A DNA stretch of 64,000 nt, taken from the IMG/VR virus record IMGVR_UViG_3300030333_002322; one strand, written 5' to 3'. Position numbers and translations under genes: made by a program. The notes under the pieces are model-generated. The model was given only the letters and a program-made list of their open reading frames with translations, ran no database searches and was not told the origin of the DNA. How positions within the stretch are numbered: position 1 is the stretch's first letter; every line of letters starts with the position of its first letter. Shown here one piece after another: positions 10,408 to 20,489 of the stretch. This DNA is from a virus.

Positions 10408-11061
10408 CTACTCTTCAAATGCTTTTATTACATCTGGAAAATGTGTTCCAATTATGTCCCAACAGGTTTTGGCAATATCAGCATGTTCCTTCTGTGTGCC
10501 ATTACCCATCCTCAGTTGACAATAATGTATCCATGATCTTAATGTACCTGCCATATAAAGAGTAGTCTTAGTAAGTCCTTCAGGCAATAAAGCCCTTGCC
10601 TGTTCCTTTGCTATACCTAACTTTAATGCCTTATTATATTTTTTCAAGGCATCATGACCGAGAACATCCTGTAATGTCTTCCACTCTCTATCTAGTGGAA
10701 CATCATCAGTCTCGATAGAGTTCTGTCTATTTTTCTCATCTTGTAGACGTGTCTCCCTATCGTAAATAAGCTCTTCAGCCTCAGCATATCGTTGACTAAA
10801 CTCTTGAAAACTAAAACTACGATGTCTGATAATCTGTCTAGATATATCTCTAGTAGTTGTAATCTCCATTGTAATAGAAACCATCTCGAATGGACTCCAA
10901 TGTTGGTTCTTTATCAAATACCTTAACAGTTTAGGAGCAGTTTCTTTATTGTTTTGATTACTAGGGTTACTAACTCTAGCACAATAAGCTACTAAATCTC
11001 CTGCCGTGTGGCAATCTTCTATTACACTTGGTTTCGTGACTCCGATTAAATTCACGTTCAT
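10408..11061 (-). CDS. thyX: Flavin-dependent thymidylate synthase
   Basis: RHRSFSFQEFSQRY ThyX motif and HWSPFE. Confidence 0.97.
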   Translation of the reverse strand: MNVNLIGVTKPSVIEDCHTAGDLVAYCARVSNPSNQNNKETAPKLLRYLIKNQHWSPFEMVSITMEITTTRDISRQIIRHRSFSFQEFSQRYAEAEELIYDRETRLQDEKNRQNSIETDDVPLDREWKTLQDVLGHDALKKYNKALKLGIAKEQARALLPEGLTKTTLYMAGTLRSWIHYCQLRMGNGTQKEHADIAKTCWDIIGTHFPDVIKAFEE

Positions 11062-11063
11062 TA

Positions 11064-12089
11064 TTATTGTCTCCAGTTGGTGAATCTTAATTCAGCTTCC
11101 AAATCTTTGAAGACATTATTACTTATAATTTCTTCAATGTTGACCCCCGCCAAAACCATATCGTTTATATCTTTTTGTAAGATATCCTGTGGCCATATTA
11201 CAACACTATTTCCATCTCGTATAAGTTCTTCTAAAACTCTACAGACTTCCCTGTTTTTAGGTTGGTTATCCACAATAATGATCTTGTCCTCGGGTAATTG
11301 TAAGCTATGTAATTTGTTAAATGATGTACCTGCAACTGCTATACTGTTCTCTAAAAATAAACTATCTAGAGGTCCTTCTACAACCTTCACAGGCTCATTA
11401 TAATTTATAACATCTAGGCCGAAAATAGAAGGAATATCTTCAACTATTTTCACCATAATGTACTTTAATGGTGAGCTACCATAATCCCTAAGGTTGATTG
11501 AAGTTAGCCTCCCATCCTTATCAAAGAATGGGATAGCTAACCTCGGTTCTTGAGTTTTAATTCTATCTTTATATTTAGGAGCTAACTGATGTATCTTGGA
11601 AATGTCGTCTATATGATATAGTCTGTGCCATTCCTTCCTAGGAATCTTCCTCTTTTTAAGGAAGTCTATTGCTATATGATTAGAATCACTCAACTCAACC
11701 TGCTCATAAATTTTGTCCACCCTATCTAATATATTATCGAGTAGTCTATCTGGATTATTAAATTTAGGTGGTTCAAAATTGAACTCGGGAGTCTTGTTGG
11801 CACGGGGTCCTGCTACACCTTCTGAGTATCGTTCTAGGACATATTCCTTATATAGAAGAGGATCGGTATCTTTTAATAATCCACCAAAAGTCTTACCGGC
11901 ACCACAATTATGGCACTTATAGAACAAATCATTCTTTCGTCGGTAAACATACCCCCGTGCCTTGTTCTTTTTGGTACTGCTGTCGCCACAGATAGGGCAA
12001 CGGAAATTAAACAGATAATCGTCCTTGCGCTTGAAACGGTCAAACCGATGTGAAATCATCATAATATATTTCAAGTCTACATGTAACAT
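11064..12089 (-). CDS. gp61: DNA primase (T4 gp61)
   Basis: CPICGDS...CHNC zinc finger and VEGPLDSLF TOPRIM motif. Start placed at ATG 12089 because the -10 box is at 12097-12102. Confidence 0.95.
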   Translation of the reverse strand: MLHVDLKYIMMISHRFDRFKRKDDYLFNFRCPICGDSSTKKNKARGYVYRRKNDLFYKCHNCGAGKTFGGLLKDTDPLLYKEYVLERYSEGVAGPRANKTPEFNFEPPKFNNPDRLLDNILDRVDKIYEQVELSDSNHIAIDFLKKRKIPRKEWHRLYHIDDISKIHQLAPKYKDRIKTQEPRLAIPFFDKDGRLTSINLRDYGSSPLKYIMVKIVEDIPSIFGLDVINYNEPVKVVEGPLDSLFLENSIAVAGTSFNKLHSLQLPEDKIIIVDNQPKNREVCRVLEELIRDGNSVVIWPQDILQKDINDMVLAGVNIEEIISNNVFKDLEAELRFTNWRQ

Positions 12090-12096
12090 AGTCATA

Positions 12097-12125
12097 ATTA
12101 TACGAAATTCCTAAGTAGGAATCAA
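12097..12125 (-). promoter_or_regulatory. Sigma70-type promoter with a 7-bp inverted repeat
   Basis: TTGATT-N17-TATAAT, containing ATTCCTA-CT-TAGGAAT. Confidence 0.75.
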
Positions 12126-12149
12126 GTATTTATTATACCGTTTGGTGAA

Positions 12150-12614
12150 TTATCCTGTGCCCAACATGGACACGATTCTGCCTATATTTGGGAATAAAGC
12201 GGTTCCTGCAATCAGAATACCCATAAGAATCCATCTCCATTGTTCTAGTTTACGGATTCTATCTTCCATATGCTCCTGCTCTTTATTTACTTCAGTTCGT
12301 AATAATTTAATCTCATTTAGGACCTTAGCTTCTGATGATGATATAGCTGCTTGTTGTTCTCTTGAGGCAGTGGAAATTCTAGAATGCACTTCTTTAACAG
12401 CTGCATCTGATTCTTTTCTCCTTTCCATTCTCTCCCTTTCCTGTGTGTCGAGACGCTCTTCATGAACAGCCAAAATTTGACTTATATTATTACTTGCTTC
12501 TCCTATTTTCTCTATTGCATCATCTAACTTGCCAAACAAATGACCCATCGCTGCTACATCTGCTTTGATTGTAGCAATCTCTCTATCTATTTTGTTATTA
12601 GTGTTTGCTGGCAT
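12150..12614 (-). CDS. Coiled-coil protein with a C-terminal TM helix
   Basis: RIRKLEQWRWILMGILIAGTALF. Confidence 0.55.
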   Translation of the reverse strand: MPANTNNKIDREIATIKADVAAMGHLFGKLDDAIEKIGEASNNISQILAVHEERLDTQERERMERRKESDAAVKEVHSRISTASREQQAAISSSEAKVLNEIKLLRTEVNKEQEHMEDRIRKLEQWRWILMGILIAGTALFPNIGRIVSMLGTG

Positions 12615-13176
12615 TTTTCTTCTTCTTTATTACTGGTTTACGTCTAAATAAACTTTGCATTCCTATTCCAGGAAATGGCCATTTTCTTAGTGTATCAACA
12701 CCAGGTTCTCCTTTAGGTCCAATTCCTATCCCGTGAATACCACCATGTCCAACAGCATTAGCTGCTACTTCTTCTTCCATTGTCATAAAGTTTTTAAATG
12801 AAACAACATTGTATTTTTCTAACAATGCTGCTTGCATTTGTACATCTTCGTCTTCCATGTACATCTCTAATAATGTGTGGACAGCAGTTGTATCATCGGT
12901 GTCTTTATATTCTCTTAACATTGCCATTGCTGCTGCAAATGTTAATAATCGTTTTGATTGCATATTTGGAGATTTAGTTAAAGCATATTGAACTTTAAAT
13001 ACAAATCTCTGTAATAAAGAATAAGCATTCTTTTCTGCTGAATTTGAAGGGTTTTTAATTTTCTTTGCGTTGGCATCTACGATACCTAACTTGTAAGCAT
13101 CAGTATCTTTTATTGGTGTCGATAGCATTTTTAGTATTCTAACTACTACTACTCCGTCTAATAATCTCGATGCCAT
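12598..13176 (-). CDS. Hypothetical phage protein
   Basis: 192 aa with an internal SFKNFMTMEEE (capsid-targeting-like) segment. Confidence 0.55.
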   Translation of the reverse strand: MASRLLDGVVVVRILKMLSTPIKDTDAYKLGIVDANAKKIKNPSNSAEKNAYSLLQRFVFKVQYALTKSPNMQSKRLLTFAAAMAMLREYKDTDDTTAVHTLLEMYMEDEDVQMQAALLEKYNVVSFKNFMTMEEEVAANAVGHGGIHGIGIGPKGEPGVDTLRKWPFPGIGMQSLFRRKPVIKKKKNASKH

Positions 13177-13557
13177 TTAAATTTTCCTTAAGTATTTTAT
13201 TAATTCATCATTTAATGGTATTTCGTCTTGTTTAATTCCCTTTGTAACTACTGTTTCTAAAGGCAATCTATTTAGAAATACTAAATAAGTTTTAAGATTA
13301 GTCCAATACTTATCCTCTAACTTATAAAACAGCATTTTAGTTGCTGCCGGTCCAAATACATTATATAATACAATTAGATGATTTATAACCAGTCTTTCGT
13401 TTGGTACACCTGTTTTCTCATAACGATTTAAAAGTCGTTTAACATACTTAAACCGTTTTAAGTCATCTTCTAAATCTGACATGCCTTCACAACCTGGGTT
13501 GTTATAATTTTTTATGGCATAAATCAGAAAATTATCATCATTTAAATTTTCAAACAT
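13177..13557 (-). CDS. Conserved hypothetical protein of marine T4-like phages
   Basis: MFENLNDDNFLIYAIKNYNNP...DDLKRFKYVKRLL...LVINHLIVLYNVFG pattern. Confidence 0.7.
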   Translation of the reverse strand: MFENLNDDNFLIYAIKNYNNPGCEGMSDLEDDLKRFKYVKRLLNRYEKTGVPNERLVINHLIVLYNVFGPAATKMLFYKLEDKYWTNLKTYLVFLNRLPLETVVTKGIKQDEIPLNDELIKYLRKI

Positions 13558-13562
13558 CTAAT

Positions 13563-14009
13563 TTAACTAACTGAAGCACTACCTCCAATGAAGTACCATT
13601 TGCTAGTTCCTGTATCATATAGTAAAGTTGCACTTTCACCAGTCGCGTCCCATGAAATATCTTGGGCTATGTTTGCTGCGTTAAGTGTAACCGTGTGACT
13701 TCCAGAATTGGAAGACATAATTATAATTTTAATTTGTCCGTCAACACCGGCTGCTAATGTTAAATTACCTGCTGCATCTACATCATTAATAAATGTAACA
13801 TTAGTGTCCAATGATACAGCTCCAACAGTTGTTATTGTATCATGGTCACCAATCGATAGTTTATCATTAAAAACAGTCGGTGTTGCTACGTTTCCGAACA
13901 GAATAGCATTTGTTACTGATTTAGAGGCTGAGCTCTGAACCAAGTACATTTTGTCTGCTGCTGCTACTGCTGTAGCTGCTGTCATATCTGAGACTTTACT
14001 ATCTGCCAT
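13563..14009 (-). CDS. Probable virion structural protein
   Basis: Ala/Thr/Ser-rich beta composition; MADSKVSDMTAAT start typical of fibre or head-decoration proteins; GGAG SD. Confidence 0.55.
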   Translation of the reverse strand: MADSKVSDMTAATAVAAADKMYLVQSSASKSVTNAILFGNVATPTVFNDKLSIGDHDTITTVGAVSLDTNVTFINDVDAAGNLTLAAGVDGQIKIIIMSSNSGSHTVTLNAANIAQDISWDATGESATLLYDTGTSKWYFIGGSASVS

Positions 14010-14019
14010 TTGTTACTCC

Positions 14020-14511
14020 TTAGCTGTCTGCAAATTCAGTATCTTCAGCATCGCCCATTGTACCGGCTGCTGCTGATGAAAGAGCAACTAGAGTTTCGTA
14101 TTGTTTCCTAGCACTTCCGCCTGAACCAATAGTATGAACTGCTACCCAACCTGCGTGTGCTGGTCCGTTAGTAACACCCATTTCAGTTGTGTCAACACCA
14201 TACACTTTCTCAGATGTAAGTCTTGCTCCTGAATCGGCTTTAATTATACCACTTGGCTTCTCGCTAAGCGTATAGTTTTCTCCAGCACTGATAGCTGTAA
14301 TCGTAGCGCCTGGTGTGTCTGCGTCTACTACTGTTGCTGCTGTATTAGAAGCAATAGCAGTAATTCTAAAATCGATAGAATTGGCAGTCAAGATATCTCC
14401 AACAGCTGCTTCAGTTGTGAACGCTGTAGATGTTCCTGTTACTGCACCGGCCGCTGAGATAGCTACTGTGCCTGTAGATGTTTTATCATCTTTATTTCCC
14501 CATCCTGCCAT
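14020..14511 (-). CDS. Probable virion structural protein
   Basis: MAGWGNKD...VTGTSTAFT...HAGWV...ETLVAL pattern; strong AGGAG SD. Confidence 0.6.
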   Translation of the reverse strand: MAGWGNKDDKTSTGTVAISAAGAVTGTSTAFTTEAAVGDILTANSIDFRITAIASNTAATVVDADTPGATITAISAGENYTLSEKPSGIIKADSGARLTSEKVYGVDTTEMGVTNGPAHAGWVAVHTIGSGGSARKQYETLVALSSAAAGTMGDAEDTEFADS

Positions 14512-14522
14512 GTTTTTTCTCC

Positions 14523-16079
14523 TTAGTCTAAATGTTTTTTAAAGTTATCATGTGATGCATGTGCATGACCTTGCATCTTTAATTTATCTGCAGGTTTGCT
14601 TGTAAGATATTTATTTAAAAACTTAGCAGCATGTGTCCTGCTCACTTTATGAGTTTTACCATCTTGGAACTTAACTCCATCATGTTTGTCTCCTAAACTT
14701 ACAGCTTTTCTTAATTGAGAAACTATATGATCAGGACCCTTGTTTTCTGAACCGTCATGTTTTGACTTTCCAGGTTTAGGTTCTTTCTTCGGTTGTGCCA
14801 TACCTTTTGTAGCACCTGCCGATTTCATATCCCTCATCGCATCTTCTCGAGCGCCTTCCTTCATTGCTCTTCTTGTATCAAATATGTTAAGGTTTTCTTT
14901 TACTTTCCTATCGGAAACAAGTTTCTTCTTGTTTGCCTTAACCTTCTTTGATAACCATGCTGCGGAATCTTTAGGAGGATTGTCAAAATCATATCCGTGG
15001 TCCATTGCAAAACTTTTTAACGCTCCTTCTTCTAGAGGGTTTTCTAATTGTTCATTAGCTTGTCTAAGAGCCTTACTTGCTTCTGGAGTATCTCCTAAGC
15101 CTTTCTTGATCTTTTCCATTTTCTTATAAGCGCCGGTCATATCACCGCCCTTATGTCTTTTATCAAAAGCAATACCCTTAGCCATTTTAAGTTGTTTTTT
15201 AGTGTAAGATGCTTCATCAACTTGTTTAAAAATATCTTCTTTGTCTTCTTTGTTGATGTCTCTGATGTTTTCAACACCTACATTAGCTAATGCAGTTTCT
15301 AAATTTTGTTTATAAAGATCATTGAAGTTTTTAAGTTCTTCTGGAAGTCTAGATTCGTCCATCTTTTTCTTCTCTTTTCTAAGAGAAGGTGGAAGACTTT
15401 TTAAAACGTCTTCTTTAGATCGTCTACCTAGTCTTTTAAAACGTCTTGCATCTCTGGATCTTTTACCTTCTGCATCTAAGTCAGCAAGTAAACCTTCTCT
15501 AATGTCTGGTTTGCTCATTTGTTTAGGGCCATCAATAATTTCAGGATTTTGTTCACTTCCACCTTGTGCAGGTTTCTTTTTAACATCTCCTTCATTTGAT
15601 CCTTCGTCTGCAGGTCTAGCTGCAGCTGCATGATTAGCTTCTTTTACTTCCTCTTGCTCTGGATTCTCAGATCCATTTTCAGATTCTTTGGATTTCTTTG
15701 TTTTACCATTCTTTTTGACTTTTTTGTCTCGCTTGGCTTCTTCTTCATCCTTAGAACCATCATAGACCTTTATGTCTTCTTCTTCTTTTGCCACGGTTCT
15801 CTCCTCGGTTTGATATTTTGTCTTTTGAGTGTGTAGTCTGGCTCTGTTATATGTAATATCGTCGCCAAATTGGAATCCCATCATTTTATCTAATAGTTTA
15901 GATAGTGCTTCTCTCTCATAAGGTGTTAAAACTTTTCCCATCTTAACACTAGATAATGCTCTATGCAATATAGGTAACTGCCTAGCGGGTAAAAGACCCT
16001 GTCTTATAAGTGTATCTAACCTTTGAGATTGTGTTTGAACCTCGGTTAAACTGTCTAAAGCTTCTTGTATAGTTTCCAT
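14523..16079 (-). CDS. Charged low-complexity probable internal head protein
   Basis: K/E-rich, with many (L/I/V/M)xE sites; late promoter upstream. Confidence 0.55.
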   Translation of the reverse strand: METIQEALDSLTEVQTQSQRLDTLIRQGLLPARQLPILHRALSSVKMGKVLTPYEREALSKLLDKMMGFQFGDDITYNRARLHTQKTKYQTEERTVAKEEEDIKVYDGSKDEEEAKRDKKVKKNGKTKKSKESENGSENPEQEEVKEANHAAAARPADEGSNEGDVKKKPAQGGSEQNPEIIDGPKQMSKPDIREGLLADLDAEGKRSRDARRFKRLGRRSKEDVLKSLPPSLRKEKKKMDESRLPEELKNFNDLYKQNLETALANVGVENIRDINKEDKEDIFKQVDEASYTKKQLKMAKGIAFDKRHKGGDMTGAYKKMEKIKKGLGDTPEASKALRQANEQLENPLEEGALKSFAMDHGYDFDNPPKDSAAWLSKKVKANKKKLVSDRKVKENLNIFDTRRAMKEGAREDAMRDMKSAGATKGMAQPKKEPKPGKSKHDGSENKGPDHIVSQLRKAVSLGDKHDGVKFQDGKTHKVSRTHAAKFLNKYLTSKPADKLKMQGHAHASHDNFKKHLD

Positions 16080-16107
16080 TTCCTACTCAATATTCTTCTT
16101 ATACTGG

Positions 16108-16115
16108 TATTTATA
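16108..16115 (-). promoter_or_regulatory. T4 late promoter
   Basis: Intergenic TATAAATA. Confidence 0.75.
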
Positions 16116-16154
16116 AGAATTAAGACGTAGATATTAGAATTAGGTTAAAATATT

Positions 16155-17363
16155 TTAACCAACTGAATAAGTAAATGCCTTGTAAGCCTTTGATGCTTTT
16201 TTAAGTGTAGGACCACCAGATTTGGTTCTATGTTTGTATGTAGGTTTCTTAGGTGCTTTGTATTTACCACCAGACTTAATTTTATATCGTTTAGCTTTCT
16301 GAGAAGCTGCTCCTCTAATAGGTTTAGCTGCTCTATACTTTTTAGATGTTTGTGGTTTTTGTCCACCCCTGCTTTTCATTCTGTTAATTTCGTTTCTTCT
16401 CATCTGTGGAAGTAACTTAACAGCAACACGATTAACAAGTGGTTGGAATCTAGTAATCATTTTTTCTAGACGTGCTTTTTCTGCTGGTGGTAAACTAGCT
16501 CTATCCCTGCCTCTAAGTAGTCGTTTATAAACCATGAGCCTTGCACCCCTGGTTGCTCTTCTTTTTAATCTGTCTGGAGTAGAACCACGTCTTAGAGCTA
16601 TACGTCTTGCTACTTTTAATTTTTGTCTGTTTCTTCTAGCAGCAAAACGTCTTTTCATTCTACCCTGTACTGATAATGCTTCATGTATTTGTGTATCATT
16701 ATGAGGATCTTCATCAAAGTCATTTAATGCTAGTTCGTCTTCATCATACAATCCTAAATCTAGAGCATCATCAAAGCTAAAATTTTCTGCATCTTTATCT
16801 AATGCTTTTACATCTTCCCATGTAATCTCTCCACCTTCATATGCTCCTGTAAGTATGCCGTCTAAGTTTGCCTCCCATTCGGCATTAACTGCATTATCTT
16901 TAGGGTATTGGTGTTTACTATGATCTGCTTGTTTATCTTCTATATGACTTAGATCAAAATCTTCTTTAATACCTGCATCCTTTTTCCAATTAAGTTCAGG
17001 TTTCTTTTTAATTCCTAATTTACCTCTAATTTTATTACCCAATCGTCTTTTAGCTTCTGAATACTCAGGCTCAAATTGAGCAATTAGACCTTCTGTTACT
17101 TTAACTGCTTTTTCGTCCTCAGGTTTCCTTGCTTTAATGTCTAAAGGTCTAATAGGATCTTCTTTTGGATTATGTTGTCCAGGTGTAAAGGACTTCATGT
17201 AGTCAGTACCTTTAGGAGTACCCCACTCATGTCCTCCTATAGAGGAATCGTATGTTGTTTCTTCTTTGTTGTGATGTTTCCAAGCAGTAGCGTATGCTAT
17301 AGACTTTTCTCTATCTGTTAGTTTGCCGTCTTTGGAATAAGATTTCTTGATATGTTTTACCAT
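16155..17363 (-). CDS. Probable internal head / prohead-core-like protein (possibly the 3' part of a frameshifted gene)
   Basis: SIAYATAWK motif, an acidic middle, and a very basic C-terminal module (EALSVQGRMKRRFAARRNR). Confidence 0.55.
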   Translation of the reverse strand: MVKHIKKSYSKDGKLTDREKSIAYATAWKHHNKEETTYDSSIGGHEWGTPKGTDYMKSFTPGQHNPKEDPIRPLDIKARKPEDEKAVKVTEGLIAQFEPEYSEAKRRLGNKIRGKLGIKKKPELNWKKDAGIKEDFDLSHIEDKQADHSKHQYPKDNAVNAEWEANLDGILTGAYEGGEITWEDVKALDKDAENFSFDDALDLGLYDEDELALNDFDEDPHNDTQIHEALSVQGRMKRRFAARRNRQKLKVARRIALRRGSTPDRLKRRATRGARLMVYKRLLRGRDRASLPPAEKARLEKMITRFQPLVNRVAVKLLPQMRRNEINRMKSRGGQKPQTSKKYRAAKPIRGAASQKAKRYKIKSGGKYKAPKKPTYKHRTKSGGPTLKKASKAYKAFTYSVG

Positions 17364-17398
17364 CCTTTCTGCCTTAGCAGAAGGTGGTGCAACTTCAT

Positions 17399-18895
17399 CT
17401 ATCTTTTTTTTTGAGGGAGACCTTGTGGTGCTGATGTTTTACCCATAACATCTACCATTTTGCCTGTTTTCTTATCTCTTTTTTGACCTACTCTTACAGT
17501 AGTTTCTTTTCTTTTTGTTCTATTAAAAGAATTGGATTCAGGATCTCTAGCAAAATATCTTGAAGCTAAGGCTTCAACTATTCTTATTTGTTCTTCTTTC
17601 ATAGTATTTTTTCTAACTACTTCTTTTCCGCCAGGTCCAATGTCTGTTACTTTAACTCCAATTTTTTTCTTTGGATTAAGTTTTATCTTAAGTGTTTTAA
17701 GTTTGTCTTCACCTTTAAAATGAACTACAGGCTTCTTTCCTTCTTTAATGCCACCTTTTAGTGGAGCATCTAATTTAGATCTTGCTCTTGCTAAACCCTT
17801 ACGTCGTTTACCTGTAGACTTACTTAATGATTTACCTACGCTAGCAGGTGCTCCTTGTTTGTCTGCTAATTGTGAAGCTCTTTCTTTAGTGTCAATATCT
17901 CTAATAGACTTATGAATATATCTTGTCTTAAGATGATCTGATATTTCATTTAAATCTGGAAATGCCTCTTTTGCTACAACACCATAAGTAGTTTTCTTTT
18001 TTCTTATTTGTTTGGCAGTATCAGATGCTTGGAACTTTTTTACTTCCTTATCTATTGTTTTCTTAACATCTCCTAAAACACCTTCGCCTAATTTGTCTAT
18101 GGCTCTTTTCATTCCTTTTTGTCTATTTTTTTCTTTATTAGGGTTATCTGAAAAACCGCCTTTTTGAACTGTGCCTGAACTTTGGGCTATATGATCTCTA
18201 TGTGTATCTGGTTTGTCTTTTAAATTCTTTTTAATATACTTACCAGCTGTTGTTTTGTCGCCACCTAATTTCTTAATAGCTCGTTTAATACCTTTTTCTG
18301 AGGCTTTAACTCTAGTACCTGTATATTTTCTATCGTCTTTCGGAAATCCACCTTGGACAGCGTCTCTATGTTCCCTAGATTTATCTGTAAATGAACCATG
18401 TTGTCTACTATGAGGATCTGTTGTTTTATGTAAGTAGCTTTTAAGTGTGGATTTTTTCAATTCTTTTAATTCCTCTTCTTTTCTATATAAAGCTTTCGCC
18501 TTCCCATCTTTGTCTGGAAAACGATAAGCAGAAGGTTCTTTTTTCTTTTTGTGTTTACCTGTTGGTGCTTTTTCCTCTTCTGTTCGTAAGCGAGTAGATA
18601 ATGAAGCAGGATTATAACCCTTAGCCTGTTTTAAATTTTTGTCTGCAATCTCTTTATTGGCTTTCTTTTTCTTTGCTAGGAATTCATCTCTTTCAGCTTT
18701 TGTATAAGGTCTAGGCCAGTTGTCATGTCTTGTTTCGTTGAACTTCTTCTTAACATACCCAGGCATCTTCATGAAGCCAGTATCTAATGCCTTCTTATTT
18801 TCTGCTGCTCTTTTCTTAAGTAAGTTACTTGATACAGGTTTCTTAATTGGCCTACCTGATGCTAAGTCTTCTTTAAATTGTTCGAACGATTTCAT
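17399..18895 (-). CDS. Lys-rich probable internal head protein with a capsid-targeting-like N-terminus
   Basis: Starts MKSFEQFKE (compare the T4 IP targeting sequence MKTYQEFIAE); repeated xxE-delimited basic modules. Confidence 0.6.
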   Translation of the reverse strand: MKSFEQFKEDLASGRPIKKPVSSNLLKKRAAENKKALDTGFMKMPGYVKKKFNETRHDNWPRPYTKAERDEFLAKKKKANKEIADKNLKQAKGYNPASLSTRLRTEEEKAPTGKHKKKKEPSAYRFPDKDGKAKALYRKEEELKELKKSTLKSYLHKTTDPHSRQHGSFTDKSREHRDAVQGGFPKDDRKYTGTRVKASEKGIKRAIKKLGGDKTTAGKYIKKNLKDKPDTHRDHIAQSSGTVQKGGFSDNPNKEKNRQKGMKRAIDKLGEGVLGDVKKTIDKEVKKFQASDTAKQIRKKKTTYGVVAKEAFPDLNEISDHLKTRYIHKSIRDIDTKERASQLADKQGAPASVGKSLSKSTGKRRKGLARARSKLDAPLKGGIKEGKKPVVHFKGEDKLKTLKIKLNPKKKIGVKVTDIGPGGKEVVRKNTMKEEQIRIVEALASRYFARDPESNSFNRTKRKETTVRVGQKRDKKTGKMVDVMGKTSAPQGLPQKKR

Positions 18896-19269
18896 TATTC
18901 CTTCTCTACGCCAATTTGTGCTTTATACTCGTTATTTATACTTTTTTCATAATAGACAATGATAGTTTTTTGCTGATCTATATATCTTTTTAGTTCTGAC
19001 ATATTTAGGGATAAATTCTCATAATCAGGTACAGAAATTGCAAAAAATACAAAATCTCCGTACTCTTTCTCAAATTTTGTTTTAAATTCTTCAAAATTTT
19101 CTGCTGTTACTGCATAAAAATTAACAGGATATAATGTTACACCCTTAGGGTGACCCTGTATAGGTATGGATCTTTCTACAAATTTTGTTTGAACTTGTAC
19201 TTCTTTGGGTAATAAACTACACCCGCTAATTATCAGCGGTAGTAGAAGTATCAGCTTCCAATTCTTCAA
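18895..19269 (-). CDS. Lipoprotein, probable o-spanin (Rz1-like)
   Basis: Signal peptide with lipobox LILLLPLIISGC; overlaps the 3' end of the upstream TM/coiled-coil gene; likely TTG start at 19269. Confidence 0.65.
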   Translation of the reverse strand: MKNWKLILLLPLIISGCSLLPKEVQVQTKFVERSIPIQGHPKGVTLYPVNFYAVTAENFEEFKTKFEKEYGDFVFFAISVPDYENLSLNMSELKRYIDQQKTIIVYYEKSINNEYKAQIGVEKE

Positions 19270-19600
19270 ATATCTTCTTTGTTGCACTATTCACTCTCCG
19301 TTCAATTAACCCTGGCTTCTTTAGAGTTAACATTGTTAAATCATGTTTTCTTAACTTCTTAGCAAGTTCATCTCCATATGCCTCTGATGCTTTTAGTTTT
19401 GTATTAAGTTCACTTATTGCTGCTTGTGATGCTTCATTGCTTGCTTTAAGTTGATCTATTGTATCCTGATTTGTTTTGGCTGCAATAGATAATTTAGCAT
19501 TATTTTCTGTTAGTATTGTTAGTCGTTTTTCAGTCAACCAATAGTATGTACCAAAGGCAAGTACCATTGCGACTATAATACCCATTAAAATCTTACTCAT
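19226..19600 (-). CDS. Probable i-spanin (Rz-like)
   Basis: N-terminal TM helix followed by a coiled coil; overlaps the lipoprotein gene. Confidence 0.65.
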   Translation of the reverse strand: MSKILMGIIVAMVLAFGTYYWLTEKRLTILTENNAKLSIAAKTNQDTIDQLKASNEASQAAISELNTKLKASEAYGDELAKKLRKHDLTMLTLKKPGLIERRVNSATKKIFEELEADTSTTADN

Positions 19601-19868
19601 CTAATAAATAAACCTTTTTCCAATCTTCGTAGCCATCTAGTTTAGCTTCGATTTTGTCTATTCTTTTTGCTAACATTGGATAGTCTGCTCTCCATTTAGC
19701 TTCTTTCTTGGCAAGTTCTATATTATATCTGTTTGCCAAAAACTCCATTAAACTATTTACTTTTCTTTGGAACCAACCACCAACCTTTGTATTAAGAAAC
19801 CACTTACTAAATGCGTTTCCAAATACTGCCGTTACACATGCTATGGCCAATCTAGTTAATATTAACAT
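19593..19868 (-). CDS. Small membrane-associated protein
   Basis: Hydrophobic N-terminus; adjacent to the spanin pair. Confidence 0.5.
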   Translation of the reverse strand: MLILTRLAIACVTAVFGNAFSKWFLNTKVGGWFQRKVNSLMEFLANRYNIELAKKEAKWRADYPMLAKRIDKIEAKLDGYEDWKKVYLLDE

Positions 19869-20485
19869 TGTTCTGTTAAGAATGTTTTAAAATCTAACAT
19901 TCCCCTTTCCTCTTTTTGCAAGTTCATTCCTTGCCTTGTTGCTTTATATAATTTCCTGGCATGTTCATCACTATGATTTGCATGGAGTCCTGCCTTAAAT
20001 GATTTATAATCATTAGAACTAGCATGAGCTCTCATCTTTGTTCCACTTATACCTGCTACACCCTCAGCATCAGGATCTCTCTGTCCTGCTGATAATATAT
20101 GTATTTTTTTATAATTATATTCTTTTCCATTATACTTTTTAGCAAGAGCTTTAAACTGTTTTACTCTATCACTACCTACAACCATTGTTGCGTGTGTATG
20201 TCCTTCTTGATTAAACTTTTTAAGTTGTGCTAAAAAATGTGGGTGTTCTTTTGTAGAATGTTCAAAGTTAACTTCAGGATGAATATGTCTTAAATATTCT
20301 TTCTTATGTTCATGATGTAAAGGATCTGTTTTATTATTCTGTGAATGACTAACAATAACTGCGTGATTAGCACCTATTTTTTGTGCATGTGAATGAACTT
20401 TATCCACAACCTTACTATGTCCAGCAGTAGGTGGATTCATTCTTCCGTATGAAAATACTATATGTTTTTCTTGTTCGTCTGCCAT
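19862..20485 (-). CDS. HIGH-family nucleotidyltransferase (phage cytidyltransferase), His-rich
   Basis: FSYGRMNPPTAGH, VVGSDR and ISGTKMR motifs. Confidence 0.8.
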   Translation of the reverse strand: MADEQEKHIVFSYGRMNPPTAGHSKVVDKVHSHAQKIGANHAVIVSHSQNNKTDPLHHEHKKEYLRHIHPEVNFEHSTKEHPHFLAQLKKFNQEGHTHATMVVGSDRVKQFKALAKKYNGKEYNYKKIHILSAGQRDPDAEGVAGISGTKMRAHASSNDYKSFKAGLHANHSDEHARKLYKATRQGMNLQKEERGMLDFKTFLTEQC

Positions 20486-20489
20486 TTAA

